From assembly GCA_964385645.1 (NCBI GenBank), contig CAYLPT010000070.1:14538-78537 (forward strand): a DNA stretch of 64,000 nt. Direction: 5' to 3'. A program made the translations under genes and the position numbers. The DNA is from an uncultured bacterium (GTDB lineage: Bacteria > Armatimonadota > Hebobacteria > Hebobacterales > Hebobacteraceae). How positions within the stretch are numbered: position 1 is the first letter of the stretch; each line of letters starts with the position of its first letter. Under the pieces are notes generated by a model. It saw only the letters and a list, made by a program, of their open reading frames with translations. It did not search any database and was not told the DNA's origin. Positions 56,334 to 64,000 of the stretch are shown one piece after another.

Positions 56334-56980
56334 CTGGTCATCTCCTCCAGGCGCCGTTCCCGGAGACGCTCCAGGATGGCCTGCACATCGGGATCATCAT
56401 CGCCCGCGGGCGGCGCCGCCTCGCGCTCGGGGGCTTCCGCGACCGCGCGGTCCGCACGGCGCGGCGGGCGCTGCCGCGCCGGCTCCGAGGCCGAGGTCAG
56501 GGGCGGCATGAGCGCCGGGCTGGCCTGCTGCGGCTCGACGCGCGGCGAGTAGACGCTCCCGTCGAGCGCGTGACCGACCCGCACCACCAGGGAGCGGTCG
56601 CCCCGCTCGTACACGATTCCCTCGAGGGCCACCTCTGCGATGCGCCCACCGGCAATCCAGTCGCCCGCGGCAAGCCGGACCGTAGTGCCGCGCTCGGTGT
56701 CCTCCACGAAGGCGATATCGCGCCCCTCGCGGCGGGTGATGCCGGTGAGCACGAGCCTCGCCTCCGGTGGCACGAAGGCGGCCTCCAGCGGAGGCAGCTC
56801 CATCGGCGGCACATCGAGCTCGACCTGCCGGGAGCGGTCTCTCAGGAAGATGTTGCGCTCCACTATCACCTGGTAGGCCTCCCATGCCGGCGGCTCGTCG
56901 GCCTCCGCGCACAGAGGCGCGGACAGACCTGCCGCCAGCAGCAGCGCCACCAGGCTGACCAGCACTAAGCGATCACTCAT
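56330..56980 (-). CDS. T2SS accessory protein (GspC/GspN-like; signal peptide, Pro-rich C-terminus)
   Basis: Position between gspM-like and gspD genes with 4-nt overlaps; signal peptide MSDRLVLVSLVALLLAAGLSAPLCAEA; no PDZ domain recognised. Confidence 0.45.
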   Translation of the reverse strand: MSDRLVLVSLVALLLAAGLSAPLCAEADEPPAWEAYQVIVERNIFLRDRSRQVELDVPPMELPPLEAAFVPPEARLVLTGITRREGRDIAFVEDTERGTTVRLAAGDWIAGGRIAEVALEGIVYERGDRSLVVRVGHALDGSVYSPRVEPQQASPALMPPLTSASEPARQRPPRRADRAVAEAPEREAAPPAGDDDPDVQAILERLRERRLEEMTR

Positions 56981-57569
56981 GCACTCTCGCCTCCTGGCGC
57001 GGCGGGCCCGCCTCCCGCCCTTGTGGCGTGCCGGACTGCTCCGCGGCGCTCGGCTGACATAGGGCCGAGATACGAACCTGCACGGACAGCTCGTCCTCGC
57101 CCTCCTTGCGGGCGGCGACCTGAAGCTCGGCCGGGCGCACGGGGAAAGGTGAGGTCTCCAGCCGCCACAGGAAGCCCGCGACCGCGCTCATCCCGCCCTC
57201 GCCGGAGGTGTGGAACGTGAGCTCCTGGAGTCCCCCCACCTCCCGGGCCCGCTCCGGCCGCACAGAGGTCAGGGTGAGGCCGGACTGCTCCGCCCAGTCG
57301 CGGACGGCATGGAGGAGGCGGCTCTCGACCTCGGTGGAGCTCTGGGCCAGCCCCGCGGCCAGCATCGCCTCCCACTCCTCGGTCACCCGGTGTCGTTCGT
57401 CGAACAGAGCGCGGGCGCGCTCGAGCTGGGCCACCACCTGTTGCCGCTGCTCCAGCATCGCCTGTCGGCGGCCCCGGACGGGGGTGAGCACCAGCCGGTC
57501 GAGCCCGAGTACGCCGAACACCAGTAGCGTGGCGAGGGCGATGTAGCGCTCGCGCTTGCTGAGGATCAT
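56973..57569 (-). CDS. gspM: GspM/PilO-like bitopic inner-membrane protein
   Basis: Single N-terminal TM (YIALATLLVFGVLGL), coiled coil, ferredoxin-like C-domain; position after the gspL-like gene. Confidence 0.5.
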   Translation of the reverse strand: MILSKRERYIALATLLVFGVLGLDRLVLTPVRGRRQAMLEQRQQVVAQLERARALFDERHRVTEEWEAMLAAGLAQSSTEVESRLLHAVRDWAEQSGLTLTSVRPERAREVGGLQELTFHTSGEGGMSAVAGFLWRLETSPFPVRPAELQVAARKEGEDELSVQVRISALCQPSAAEQSGTPQGREAGPPRQEARVHE

Positions 57570-59011
57570 GGCGTCTCGCCCTGCATGTAGTTACAGGCCA
57601 GCGCGAAGGCCAGCTCCCGCCTCTCCGTGCCGGCCTGGCGGAGGTACAGCAACTGCGCGTTCGCGAACTCGGGCCGGCCCTGGATCCGCTCGAGCAGCAC
57701 GAGCACCGGCTGCTCCCGGTCCGCCTTGCCGGAGATGAGCACGCGGAGGTCGTCCTGAACCACCACACTGGTCGCCCAGATCTGGCCCTGCTCCGGGAAC
57801 AGCAGGGTCAAGTCCCGCAGCACGTTGAGCAACCGTGGGCTGCGAGCGGTCCAGCGCCGCGCCAGCCTGGTCTGGTCCACCATCGCCTCCGCGACCCGGA
57901 TCTCCGGCTGCATCTGGCGGAGTCGCTCCTGGAGCTGGGCCACCTCCTGTCGGTCAGCGCGCCACTGGGCGGAGAGAGAGAGCACGGCCCCCAGCACGGC
58001 CAGGCAGGTGGCCGCCGCCCACGCGATCCGGGGCCACCGGCGGCTGTGACGCCGGATCTCCAGCGAGGGGCGGAGGAAGTTCACCGGAAGCCCGCCCCGG
58101 CGCGCCCCCACGACGGCCACCACGGCCGCAACCGCGGGGCCCGGCGCCGCAAGGTGGTCCGACCGACCCGCGATCCCCATCTCGGCGAGGCCGGGGCTGC
58201 GCCTCACCTGGAGGCCGGCGGACTCCCCTATTGCCGCGATCACCCCGGCCCCCAGGCCGGTGCTGTCCCAGACCACCACCTCGTCCCCGCCCTCGCTCTC
58301 CGGCGTTGGCGAGAGGGCGGCCACGCGCGCCAGCAGGCCGCCCACCGCGCGCAGCCAGCCCGCCCCCGGCTCCCCGGCTATCGGCTCGGGAGCGGTGGGC
58401 GGCAGCCCGATGTGCCTCACATCGGTGACCCGGTCGCCGGACCGGGTCACCACCTCGGCCCGCCGAGGCGTCAGCACGAGCAGCATCCGCGCGCCGGCCA
58501 GGCCGGGCGCGCCGGCCAGCGCGAGGGCGGTGGAGGTGATGGCGCGCACCCGCAGGCCGGCGGCGAGGGCCGTGGCGCGCAGCATCCCCACGGCGCGCCG
58601 CGGCAGCGCGGCCAGCAGCGCCCGCCGCGCCTGCTCGGTGGTCGAGTTGGCCGTGCAGTCCACGATCAAGTCGGCAATGCCAGTGGCGAAGCTGCGCTCG
58701 GCCTCGATGCGGGCCATGGAGCCGAAGGTGGCGGCACCAGCCGGTGGGAAGCTCTTGCGGGCCGCCAGCAGCCAGGAGGCAGGCACCGCGATGACCGCCT
58801 CCCTCGCCCGGAAGCCCTCCGCGCGGAGCAGGCTGCGCAGGGCGCGGCCGGCCTCCTGCGCCTCCGCGTCGGAGGCCCTCGCTGACACCGCCAGAGGCAG
58901 CTCCGCGGCGCGCACGAGCGCCGTCCTGCGGCCGCCCAGCGCGACCTCCGCCACTAGGACGCTGTGCTCCTCCACCACCAGCCCAAGGATATGTCTTCGG
59001 CGCAGGGCCAT
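57566..59011 (-). CDS. gspL: GspL-like (PilM-like actin-fold cytoplasmic domain + TM + PilN-like periplasmic domain)
   Basis: GGAGG RBS before MALRRRHILGLVVEEHSVLVAEV; central TM (IAWAAATCLAVLGAVLSL); synteny between gspK and gspM. Confidence 0.6.
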   Translation of the reverse strand: MALRRRHILGLVVEEHSVLVAEVALGGRRTALVRAAELPLAVSARASDAEAQEAGRALRSLLRAEGFRAREAVIAVPASWLLAARKSFPPAGAATFGSMARIEAERSFATGIADLIVDCTANSTTEQARRALLAALPRRAVGMLRATALAAGLRVRAITSTALALAGAPGLAGARMLLVLTPRRAEVVTRSGDRVTDVRHIGLPPTAPEPIAGEPGAGWLRAVGGLLARVAALSPTPESEGGDEVVVWDSTGLGAGVIAAIGESAGLQVRRSPGLAEMGIAGRSDHLAAPGPAVAAVVAVVGARRGGLPVNFLRPSLEIRRHSRRWPRIAWAAATCLAVLGAVLSLSAQWRADRQEVAQLQERLRQMQPEIRVAEAMVDQTRLARRWTARSPRLLNVLRDLTLLFPEQGQIWATSVVVQDDLRVLISGKADREQPVLVLLERIQGRPEFANAQLLYLRQAGTERRELAFALACNYMQGETP

Positions 59012-59016
59012 GAGCC

Positions 59017-60363
59017 TCAGCCTCCGGTGATGACCCGGCCCGCGGTGAGCGGCCCGCTCCCCTCGCGCAGCGCCGCGAGGAGGGCCGGATCGAGCGGCCA
59101 ACCCAAGGGGGTGAGGTCGCTCCAGCGGGTGACACGGGGCGGACTGGTGCTCGCGTCCACCACCGCCAGGTAGCGGCGGAACGCGCGGCCGTCGCCGCTG
59201 ACGGCCACGATGTCCGCGGAGAACTGGTAGGAGCGGGTTGTGATCAGCCCACCGATCTCGACCGCCTTCTCGGCCGGCAGCGCCTCGGCCACCCAGGCGA
59301 TATTCGTGAGGTCGGTGTCGGGGGAGCTGCGGCGGGCCAGCAGCGCGGACACGTCACCCTCCTCGAGCCCTGGCAGGCAAGCCAGCACCTCCCGAGGGGC
59401 GGTGACGACGTTCACCAACCCGGTCAGGGTCCGCCCGCGACTGGTGGTGATGGCGTCCGCCACCTGCGCGAATTCCTCTGCGGTGAGCCCGGCGCGCAGG
59501 TAGAAGTCGAGCGGGTTGCGGAAGGGCCGCTCGCGACGCACCCGGGACATCACCTCGGAGAGTCGCTCCGCCGAGAGCGCCCGGCGCAGCAGCCGCTCCA
59601 GCTCCCCGTCACTGCGATCGTTGACATTGACTCGCGCCTCCCCCGCGGCCGTCTGGTTGGGCTCGCGGCTGTACACTGTGATGTAGGGCAGCAGCCCGCG
59701 GTCGAGCCGGCCGGCGGCAGCGTGCTCGTGCGCGTCCAGCACGCCGTTGCGGTTCCTGTCCTCCCCGACCAGCAGCTCAGGGGTGGCGCCTCGCACCAGG
59801 AGCAGTTCCTCGACGGTCTCGAAGGGCGCGTTCTTGCAGTAATATGGATCGGGCAGCAGCAGGTAGTACTCGCTGCCGGCCCCGCCCGGAGAGGCCTGCT
59901 CCTCCGGGTCCCGCCAGTCCCGGATGGCGGCCGCCAGCTCCACGGTCATGTTGGGGAGCCTCACCAGCATGTCCTGGGTGGCGGTGTTGAGGTTCAACCG
60001 GCCCGCCTCGTCCCGGAGCCCGAAAGCGTGCGTGTAGTCGTCCTCGAGGTTCTGCACGAGCAGCCAGAAGAACCCCTCGCCCACCGGGACGGCCTCGCAG
60101 CTCATCTCCGCCGCCGGCCGGAGGAGCCCGTCGGTGCCGTCCACCTGTGAGAGCACGTACTGCAGGGCCGCGTGGGCCGTGCCGTCGGCCTGCATCGCCG
60201 CCACGTGGTTGGCGGAGGCGATGAGCTCGACCCGCATCGCCCGCGCGAACACCAGCGCGAGGGCCGCCAGCGCGAGCACGATCCACGTCACTACGATCAG
60301 CACCGACCCGCGGGATCGCCGCCTCGCGCCTTGCTGTCTGCCAGATGAGGTCGCGCGTACCAT
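59017..60363 (-). CDS. gspK: T2SS minor pseudopilin GspK
   Basis: SVLIVVTWIVLALAALALVFARAMRVEL N-terminal helix; GspK-like helix-hairpin-helix region (LNLNTATQDMLVRLPNMTVELAAAIRDWR). Confidence 0.8.
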   Translation of the reverse strand: MVRATSSGRQQGARRRSRGSVLIVVTWIVLALAALALVFARAMRVELIASANHVAAMQADGTAHAALQYVLSQVDGTDGLLRPAAEMSCEAVPVGEGFFWLLVQNLEDDYTHAFGLRDEAGRLNLNTATQDMLVRLPNMTVELAAAIRDWRDPEEQASPGGAGSEYYLLLPDPYYCKNAPFETVEELLLVRGATPELLVGEDRNRNGVLDAHEHAAAGRLDRGLLPYITVYSREPNQTAAGEARVNVNDRSDGELERLLRRALSAERLSEVMSRVRRERPFRNPLDFYLRAGLTAEEFAQVADAITTSRGRTLTGLVNVVTAPREVLACLPGLEEGDVSALLARRSSPDTDLTNIAWVAEALPAEKAVEIGGLITTRSYQFSADIVAVSGDGRAFRRYLAVVDASTSPPRVTRWSDLTPLGWPLDPALLAALREGSGPLTAGRVITGG

Positions 60364-60367
60364 GGCG

Positions 60368-61042
60368 CTATGTGCCCGTCTCCTCCTCGAGGGCCATGAA
60401 CTCCCGGCCGCCCGGCGCGCTGGCCGGCACCAAGAACCGCCGCGTCAGCACGTACTCCTCGGCCCCGGGGGGGTGCACGCCGAGCGTGACCTCCACGGCC
60501 GCCGGAGCGGAGTCCCCTTGCACCGTGGAGTGCCAGCTATCGAGCCACGAGAAACCGTCGAAGTAGTGGAGGCCGAACGAGACGACGTGCCGACACAGCA
60601 CCTCCTCCTCCGGCTCCGGCACGACGGGCGCAAGCAGGTTGGCGGTGACCCTGCGGACGAGCAGGAAGTCGGCGCCATTCTCCGCCGGGACCAGGTCGAA
60701 CTCGACCTTGCGAACCCCGGGGATGCCGGACACGGGGTCCGTGACCAGGGCGTGCAGTTCCAGCCGGTCCGCGCCCTCGGCCGAGGCCGCGCCCTGCTCG
60801 CCGATGAAGGGGCCGGCGAGGATGCCGGTTGGGGGGAGCGCGGTGGTCACGTCCCGGCGCAGCAGCTCGAGGGCCAGCATGGCGGCGCGTGCGGGAGCGA
60901 TGGACGTCTCCGCGCTGGCGCGGGCCCGGAAGCCGATGTGCAGGCTCGCGTAGACGCCGCCCGCGAGCACGCCCGCCAGCGCAAGTGCGGCCAGCATCTC
61001 CAGGAGGGTAAACCCGCTGTTCCCTCTGCGCGGGCCGGTCAT
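60368..61042 (-). CDS. gspJ: T2SS minor pseudopilin GspJ-like
   Basis: Prepilin N-terminus NSGFTLLEMLAALALAGVLAGG; synteny. Confidence 0.7.
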   Translation of the reverse strand: MTGPRRGNSGFTLLEMLAALALAGVLAGGVYASLHIGFRARASAETSIAPARAAMLALELLRRDVTTALPPTGILAGPFIGEQGAASAEGADRLELHALVTDPVSGIPGVRKVEFDLVPAENGADFLLVRRVTANLLAPVVPEPEEEVLCRHVVSFGLHYFDGFSWLDSWHSTVQGDSAPAAVEVTLGVHPPGAEEYVLTRRFLVPASAPGGREFMALEEETGT

Positions 61043-61043
61043 G

Positions 61044-61436
61044 TCACTGCTCCGCCGGACGGACGAGCGTGGTGAGCGTCACGGCGCGCTCCCGTCCCCG
61101 CGCCACCCAGCCCACCTCGACGGCGAGCTGGCGCAGACCCGCCGCGGTCGGCCACTCGGTCACCTCCGCCCGCCAGGTGTACTCCGGATACTCCGGGGCG
61201 AAGCCGCCGGACAGCTCAGCGGTCTGCCACTCGCCGGCCGCCACCAGCTCCGCCAGCTTTCCCTCCGCCAGCGCGGCCGCCTCCAGCCGTCGGCGGGCGT
61301 CGCCCGCGGCGCGGGTGGCGACGGAGATCGCCTGCATGGCCACCGGCAGTACGATGGCCGCCAGCAACAGGGCAGCGAGCACCTCCACCAGTGTGAAGGC
61401 CGCACGCCACTCTCTGGCCTGCCGATGCCAGGTCAT
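61044..61436 (-). CDS. gspI: T2SS minor pseudopilin GspI-like
   Basis: Prepilin N-terminus AAFTLVEVLAALLLAAIVLPVAMQ; 130 aa; synteny. Confidence 0.7.
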   Translation of the reverse strand: MTWHRQAREWRAAFTLVEVLAALLLAAIVLPVAMQAISVATRAAGDARRRLEAAALAEGKLAELVAAGEWQTAELSGGFAPEYPEYTWRAEVTEWPTAAGLRQLAVEVGWVARGRERAVTLTTLVRPAEQ

Positions 61437-61979
61437 AGCACCTCACCATCCGCGGCCGCCACCACCTGTAGGGACTCCGCCGGCGAGAGTGAGAGCACCC
61501 GCACCGCCTCCCCCCACGCGTCGGTGATCAGGATGCTCGCCGGGTCGCTGCGACCGTCGGGGTAGAGGCCGATCCAGCCCCAGCCGACACCCTCGTGGGG
61601 CCACTCCCAGCGCGCTGCTGTGCCCTGTGGGAGGAGGAAGAGCCGACCGAACTCGGTTGGTGGCTCCACGAACTCGCCCGCGGTCTCAGCGGTGAGCCAG
61701 AAGCGGCCCTCCTCGGGGTCGAGGTTCAGGCGGTACGCGCGGCCCTCGACCACCGCCTGCGAGCGGGCGTACTCGGCCAGCGCCACCATCTCGCGGGCCA
61801 CGTCGCCGGCCTGCCGCGACCACAGGAAGCGCCGCAGGGAGGGGGAGGAGACCCCCAGGACGATGCCCGCGATCACCAGCACGAGCACCAGCTCGAGCAG
61901 CGTGAAGCCGGCGGCCCACGCGCGCGCGCACCCCCTGCCCTGGGGCCGGCGGCCATGTGTGCACCGCGTGCTCGCGCCG
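61433..61979 (-). CDS. gspH: T2SS minor pseudopilin GspH-like (start not resolved)
   Basis: Prepilin motif AAGFTLLELVLVLVIAGIVLG at about 61909; the track ORF extends to 62053 but that would overlap gspG, so the real start is probably a non-ATG codon just downstream of the gspG stop. Confidence 0.55.
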
Positions 61980-62411
61980 CTACCGCGGCGACCAGTTGTC
62001 AATATCGTCGCCTCCTCCAGGCTGTCCATCCGGGCCGTAGGAGTACAGGTCATAGCTGTGGGGGTTGTGCCGCCCCGGATACTCGTAGATGTAAGGGTTG
62101 CCCCACGGGTCGTTGGGGATGTCGCGCTGCAGGTAGGGGCCGCGCCACCTCGAGGCCTCCATGGGCGGCCTCACCAGTACGGCCAGACCCTCCTCGGTGG
62201 TTGGGTAGCGGCCCATGTCAATCTCGAAGGCATCCAGAGCCACCCCGAAGTTCGCGATATCAGCGCGGGCGGCCGCGATGCGCGCGTCCTCAGAGCGCCC
62301 CGCGAACCTTGGCACAACGATGGCGGCCAGCGCGGTGATGATGACCAGCACTAGCAGCAGCTCGATCAGCGTGACGCCCCGGTGGCGTGCCGGCGGGATC
62401 ACCAGTCGCAT
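61980..62411 (-). CDS. gspG: T2SS major pseudopilin GspG
   Basis: RGVTLIELLLVLVIITALAAIVVPRF prepilin start plus conserved GspG core (DIANFGVALDAFEIDMGRYPTTEEGLAVLV..., WGNPYIY, YSYGPDGQPGG). Confidence 0.88.
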   Translation of the reverse strand: MRLVIPPARHRGVTLIELLLVLVIITALAAIVVPRFAGRSEDARIAAARADIANFGVALDAFEIDMGRYPTTEEGLAVLVRPPMEASRWRGPYLQRDIPNDPWGNPYIYEYPGRHNPHSYDLYSYGPDGQPGGGDDIDNWSPR

Positions 62412-62464
62412 GGTCTCTTGCCTCCTCATCCTCGTCTCCCAGCGCCGCGGGGCACGGCCCTCGG

Positions 62465-63679
62465 TCACCGGATCAGCTCCTGCAGCGTGAAGATCGGCAG
62501 CAGCATGCCGATGACTATGGTCCCCACCACGGCCGCCATCACGAACAGCAGCGCCGGCTCGGCCAGCGCCACCAACATGGAGAGCTGGCGGTCGAGCTCC
62601 CCGTCATAGGTGGTGGCCAGGCGAAGCAGCTCCTTGTCCAGGCGACCGCTCTCCTCCGCCACCGCGACCATCTCCACCACCTCGGCCGGGAACAGCCGCT
62701 TGGCGGCCGCCAGGCTGGCGGAGAGGGAGGCGCCACGCTGGACCTCCTCGACGGCCTGGCTGATCGTGTCCGCGAGGGTCTGGTTGCCGACGGCCTCCCG
62801 GGCCACCCGCAGAGCGGACACGAGAGGCACGCCGGCCGCCAGCAGCGTGCCGAGCATCCGGCAGAACCGCACCAGGGCGAGGCGAGCCGCCACCCGGCCG
62901 GCCAGCGGAAGACCCACCACGAAGCGCTCCACGGCTCGCCGCCCGGCCTCCGTGGTCACGGCGCGCCGCACCGCAAGCGCCACCAGCGCCAGGCCGATCA
63001 CGATCAACGCGGCGTGACGGACCATCACCTCGCTGGCGGCGACGATGGCGCGGGTGAGCCAGGGGAGCGCGCCGCCGAGGTCGGCGAAGATGGTGGCGAA
63101 GCGGGGGATGAAGTAGGTCAGCAGGAAGGCAAGCACCGCGGTCGCCAGCACCGCCAGCACCGCCGGGTAAAGCAGGGCGCTCTTCACCTTCCCCTTCAGG
63201 CGCTGCTCCCAGGCGCGGAAGTCGGCGATCTGCTCCAGCACCACGTCCAGGAAGCCGCCGGTCTCTCCGGCCCGCGCCATGGCGATGTAGACGGGGGAGA
63301 AGGAGCGCGGGTACTTCGCCAGCGCCTCCGCCAGCGCCGTGCCGCCCACGACATCCTCGTGAATGGCGGCCCACCGCTCCCGCGCGGCGGCACTCGTCGC
63401 CTCCCGAGCGACCACGCGGAGGGCGCGGCTCAGCGGCACCCCAGCGGTCAACAGATTGGCGAGCTGGCGGGTGAAGGCATCCACGTTGCCCTGGGACACT
63501 GGGGCCCCGAAGAGCCGCACGCCAGGCGCCCGCCGGGCTGCGCGCTGTTCCTGGACCGCCACCGGGTGCAGGTTCTGCTGGACGATGTACTCGATGGCCG
63601 CCCCACGCCCGGAGGCGGTGACCGTCCCGGCCACCGGCCGTCCTGCGCCGTCCACCGCCTGGTACTCGAATACCGGCAT
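62465..63679 (-). CDS. gspF: T2SS inner-membrane platform protein GspF
   Basis: MPVFEYQAVDGAGRPVAGTV start typical of GspF/PilC; two repeated GspF domains with three TMs; the stop of gspE overlaps its ATG. Confidence 0.9.
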   Translation of the reverse strand: MPVFEYQAVDGAGRPVAGTVTASGRGAAIEYIVQQNLHPVAVQEQRAARRAPGVRLFGAPVSQGNVDAFTRQLANLLTAGVPLSRALRVVAREATSAAARERWAAIHEDVVGGTALAEALAKYPRSFSPVYIAMARAGETGGFLDVVLEQIADFRAWEQRLKGKVKSALLYPAVLAVLATAVLAFLLTYFIPRFATIFADLGGALPWLTRAIVAASEVMVRHAALIVIGLALVALAVRRAVTTEAGRRAVERFVVGLPLAGRVAARLALVRFCRMLGTLLAAGVPLVSALRVAREAVGNQTLADTISQAVEEVQRGASLSASLAAAKRLFPAEVVEMVAVAEESGRLDKELLRLATTYDGELDRQLSMLVALAEPALLFVMAAVVGTIVIGMLLPIFTLQELIR

Positions 63680-64000
63680 CAGGCGCCCTCCCGGGACCCG
63701 GGCCCGGCGGGCTGCCGCCGTTGCGGGGCGGCGGCCGGCGCTATCAGACCGTCGCCGTTGGGGACCTCCGCCCGGGTGACGCGCAGCACCTCCTCGATAG
63801 TCGTCCGCCCCTCCAGCAACAGCCGCAGACCATCGTCCCAGAGGCTCCTCATGCCGTTCTGCTGGGCGACTCGGCGGATCTCGCCTGCCGAGGCGTGCTC
63901 GAGCACCAGGGCGCGGACCGGATCGCCAATCGTCATCATCTCGAACACCCCGGTGCGACCCCGGTACCCAGTGCCCCGGCACTTGCGGCAGCCGCGCCCG
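63679..64000 (-). CDS. gspE: T2SS ATPase GspE, C-terminal part (gene continues beyond the window)
   Basis: Reverse translation of the window end gives ...CRKCRGTGYRGRTGVFEMMTIGDPVRALVLEHASAGEIRRVAQQNGMRSLWDDGLRLLLEGRTTIEEVLRVT, the conserved tetracysteine/C-terminal region of GspE/PilB ATPases. Confidence 0.85.
   Translation of the reverse strand, partial: GRGCRKCRGTGYRGRTGVFEMMTIGDPVRALVLEHASAGEIRRVAQQNGMRSLWDDGLRLLLEGRTTIEEVLRVTRAEVPNGDGLIAPAAAPQRRQPAGPGSREGA

Noticed and set aside
1-64000. Search for CRISPR arrays, tRNA/rRNA genes, integrases, toxin-antitoxin or known anti-phage defence gene signatures
   Set aside because: No direct-repeat/spacer periodicity, no tRNA-like cloverleaf candidates in the few AT-richer gaps, and no RT, Cas, integrase or nuclease hallmark motifs were seen in any long ORF. 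The absence is based on visual inspection only; tRNAscan, Infernal and CRISPR detection should confirm

Overview
This is a 64-kb, very GC-rich (about 70%), gene-dense chromosomal segment from a diderm (Gram-negative-type) bacterium. No tRNA, rRNA or CRISPR array was recognised by eye. Most long reverse-frame ORFs in the track are Ala/Arg/Pro-rich artefacts of the high GC content.

Coding content, in order along the window:
- An ABC exporter locus with two FtsX-type permeases, two ATPases and a porin-like β-barrel gene (1-3.9 kb).
- A small His/Cys-rich membrane protein behind a near-consensus σ70 promoter (3.9-4.3 kb).
- A minus-strand operon of a URO-D-family protein, a CelD/FemAB-like acyltransferase and a Trm112-fused SAM methyltransferase (4.4-7.8 kb).
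- A TonB-dependent receptor followed by exbB-exbD-exbD-tonB and a TPR protein (7.9-14 kb).
- TrkA/TrkH K+ uptake genes (14-16.1 kb).
- A Cys-rich small ORF, a His-rich secreted/outer-membrane protein and znuABC-like metal uptake genes (16.2-20.5 kb).
- A carbohydrate island (20.6-41.5 kb) holding two Gfo/Idh/MocA oxidoreductases, a 667-aa orphan polytopic membrane protein, two GH140-like (DUF4038) proteins, a Tat-signal heparinase II/III-like lyase, GT4 and membrane GT2 glycosyltransferases, a UDP-sugar 6-dehydrogenase, a GH94 disaccharide phosphorylase, a GH20-like protein, an FAD oxidoreductase and a hexapeptide-repeat protein.
- An FGE/SUMF1-domain protein; an IS1/IS1595-like insertion sequence whose transposase carries an in-frame TAG, abutting the 3' end of a second TonB-dependent receptor (42-46 kb).
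- A 768-aa secreted protein combining a putative HET-C / zinc-phospholipase-C-like N-domain with a clear PLAT/LH2 domain (46.5-48.8 kb).
- An APC permease, a GH16 glucanase, a hypothetical protein and an ADP-ribosylglycohydrolase (49-54 kb).
- A complete minus-strand type II secretion operon, gspD through gspE, with gspE truncated at the window edge (54.2-64 kb).

The findings judged most interesting are the PLC/PLAT toxin-like protein next to the T2SS, a polysaccharide synthase plus lyase locus, the URO-D/CelD/Trm112-MTase operon, the His-rich protein upstream of znuABC, and the interrupted IS element.
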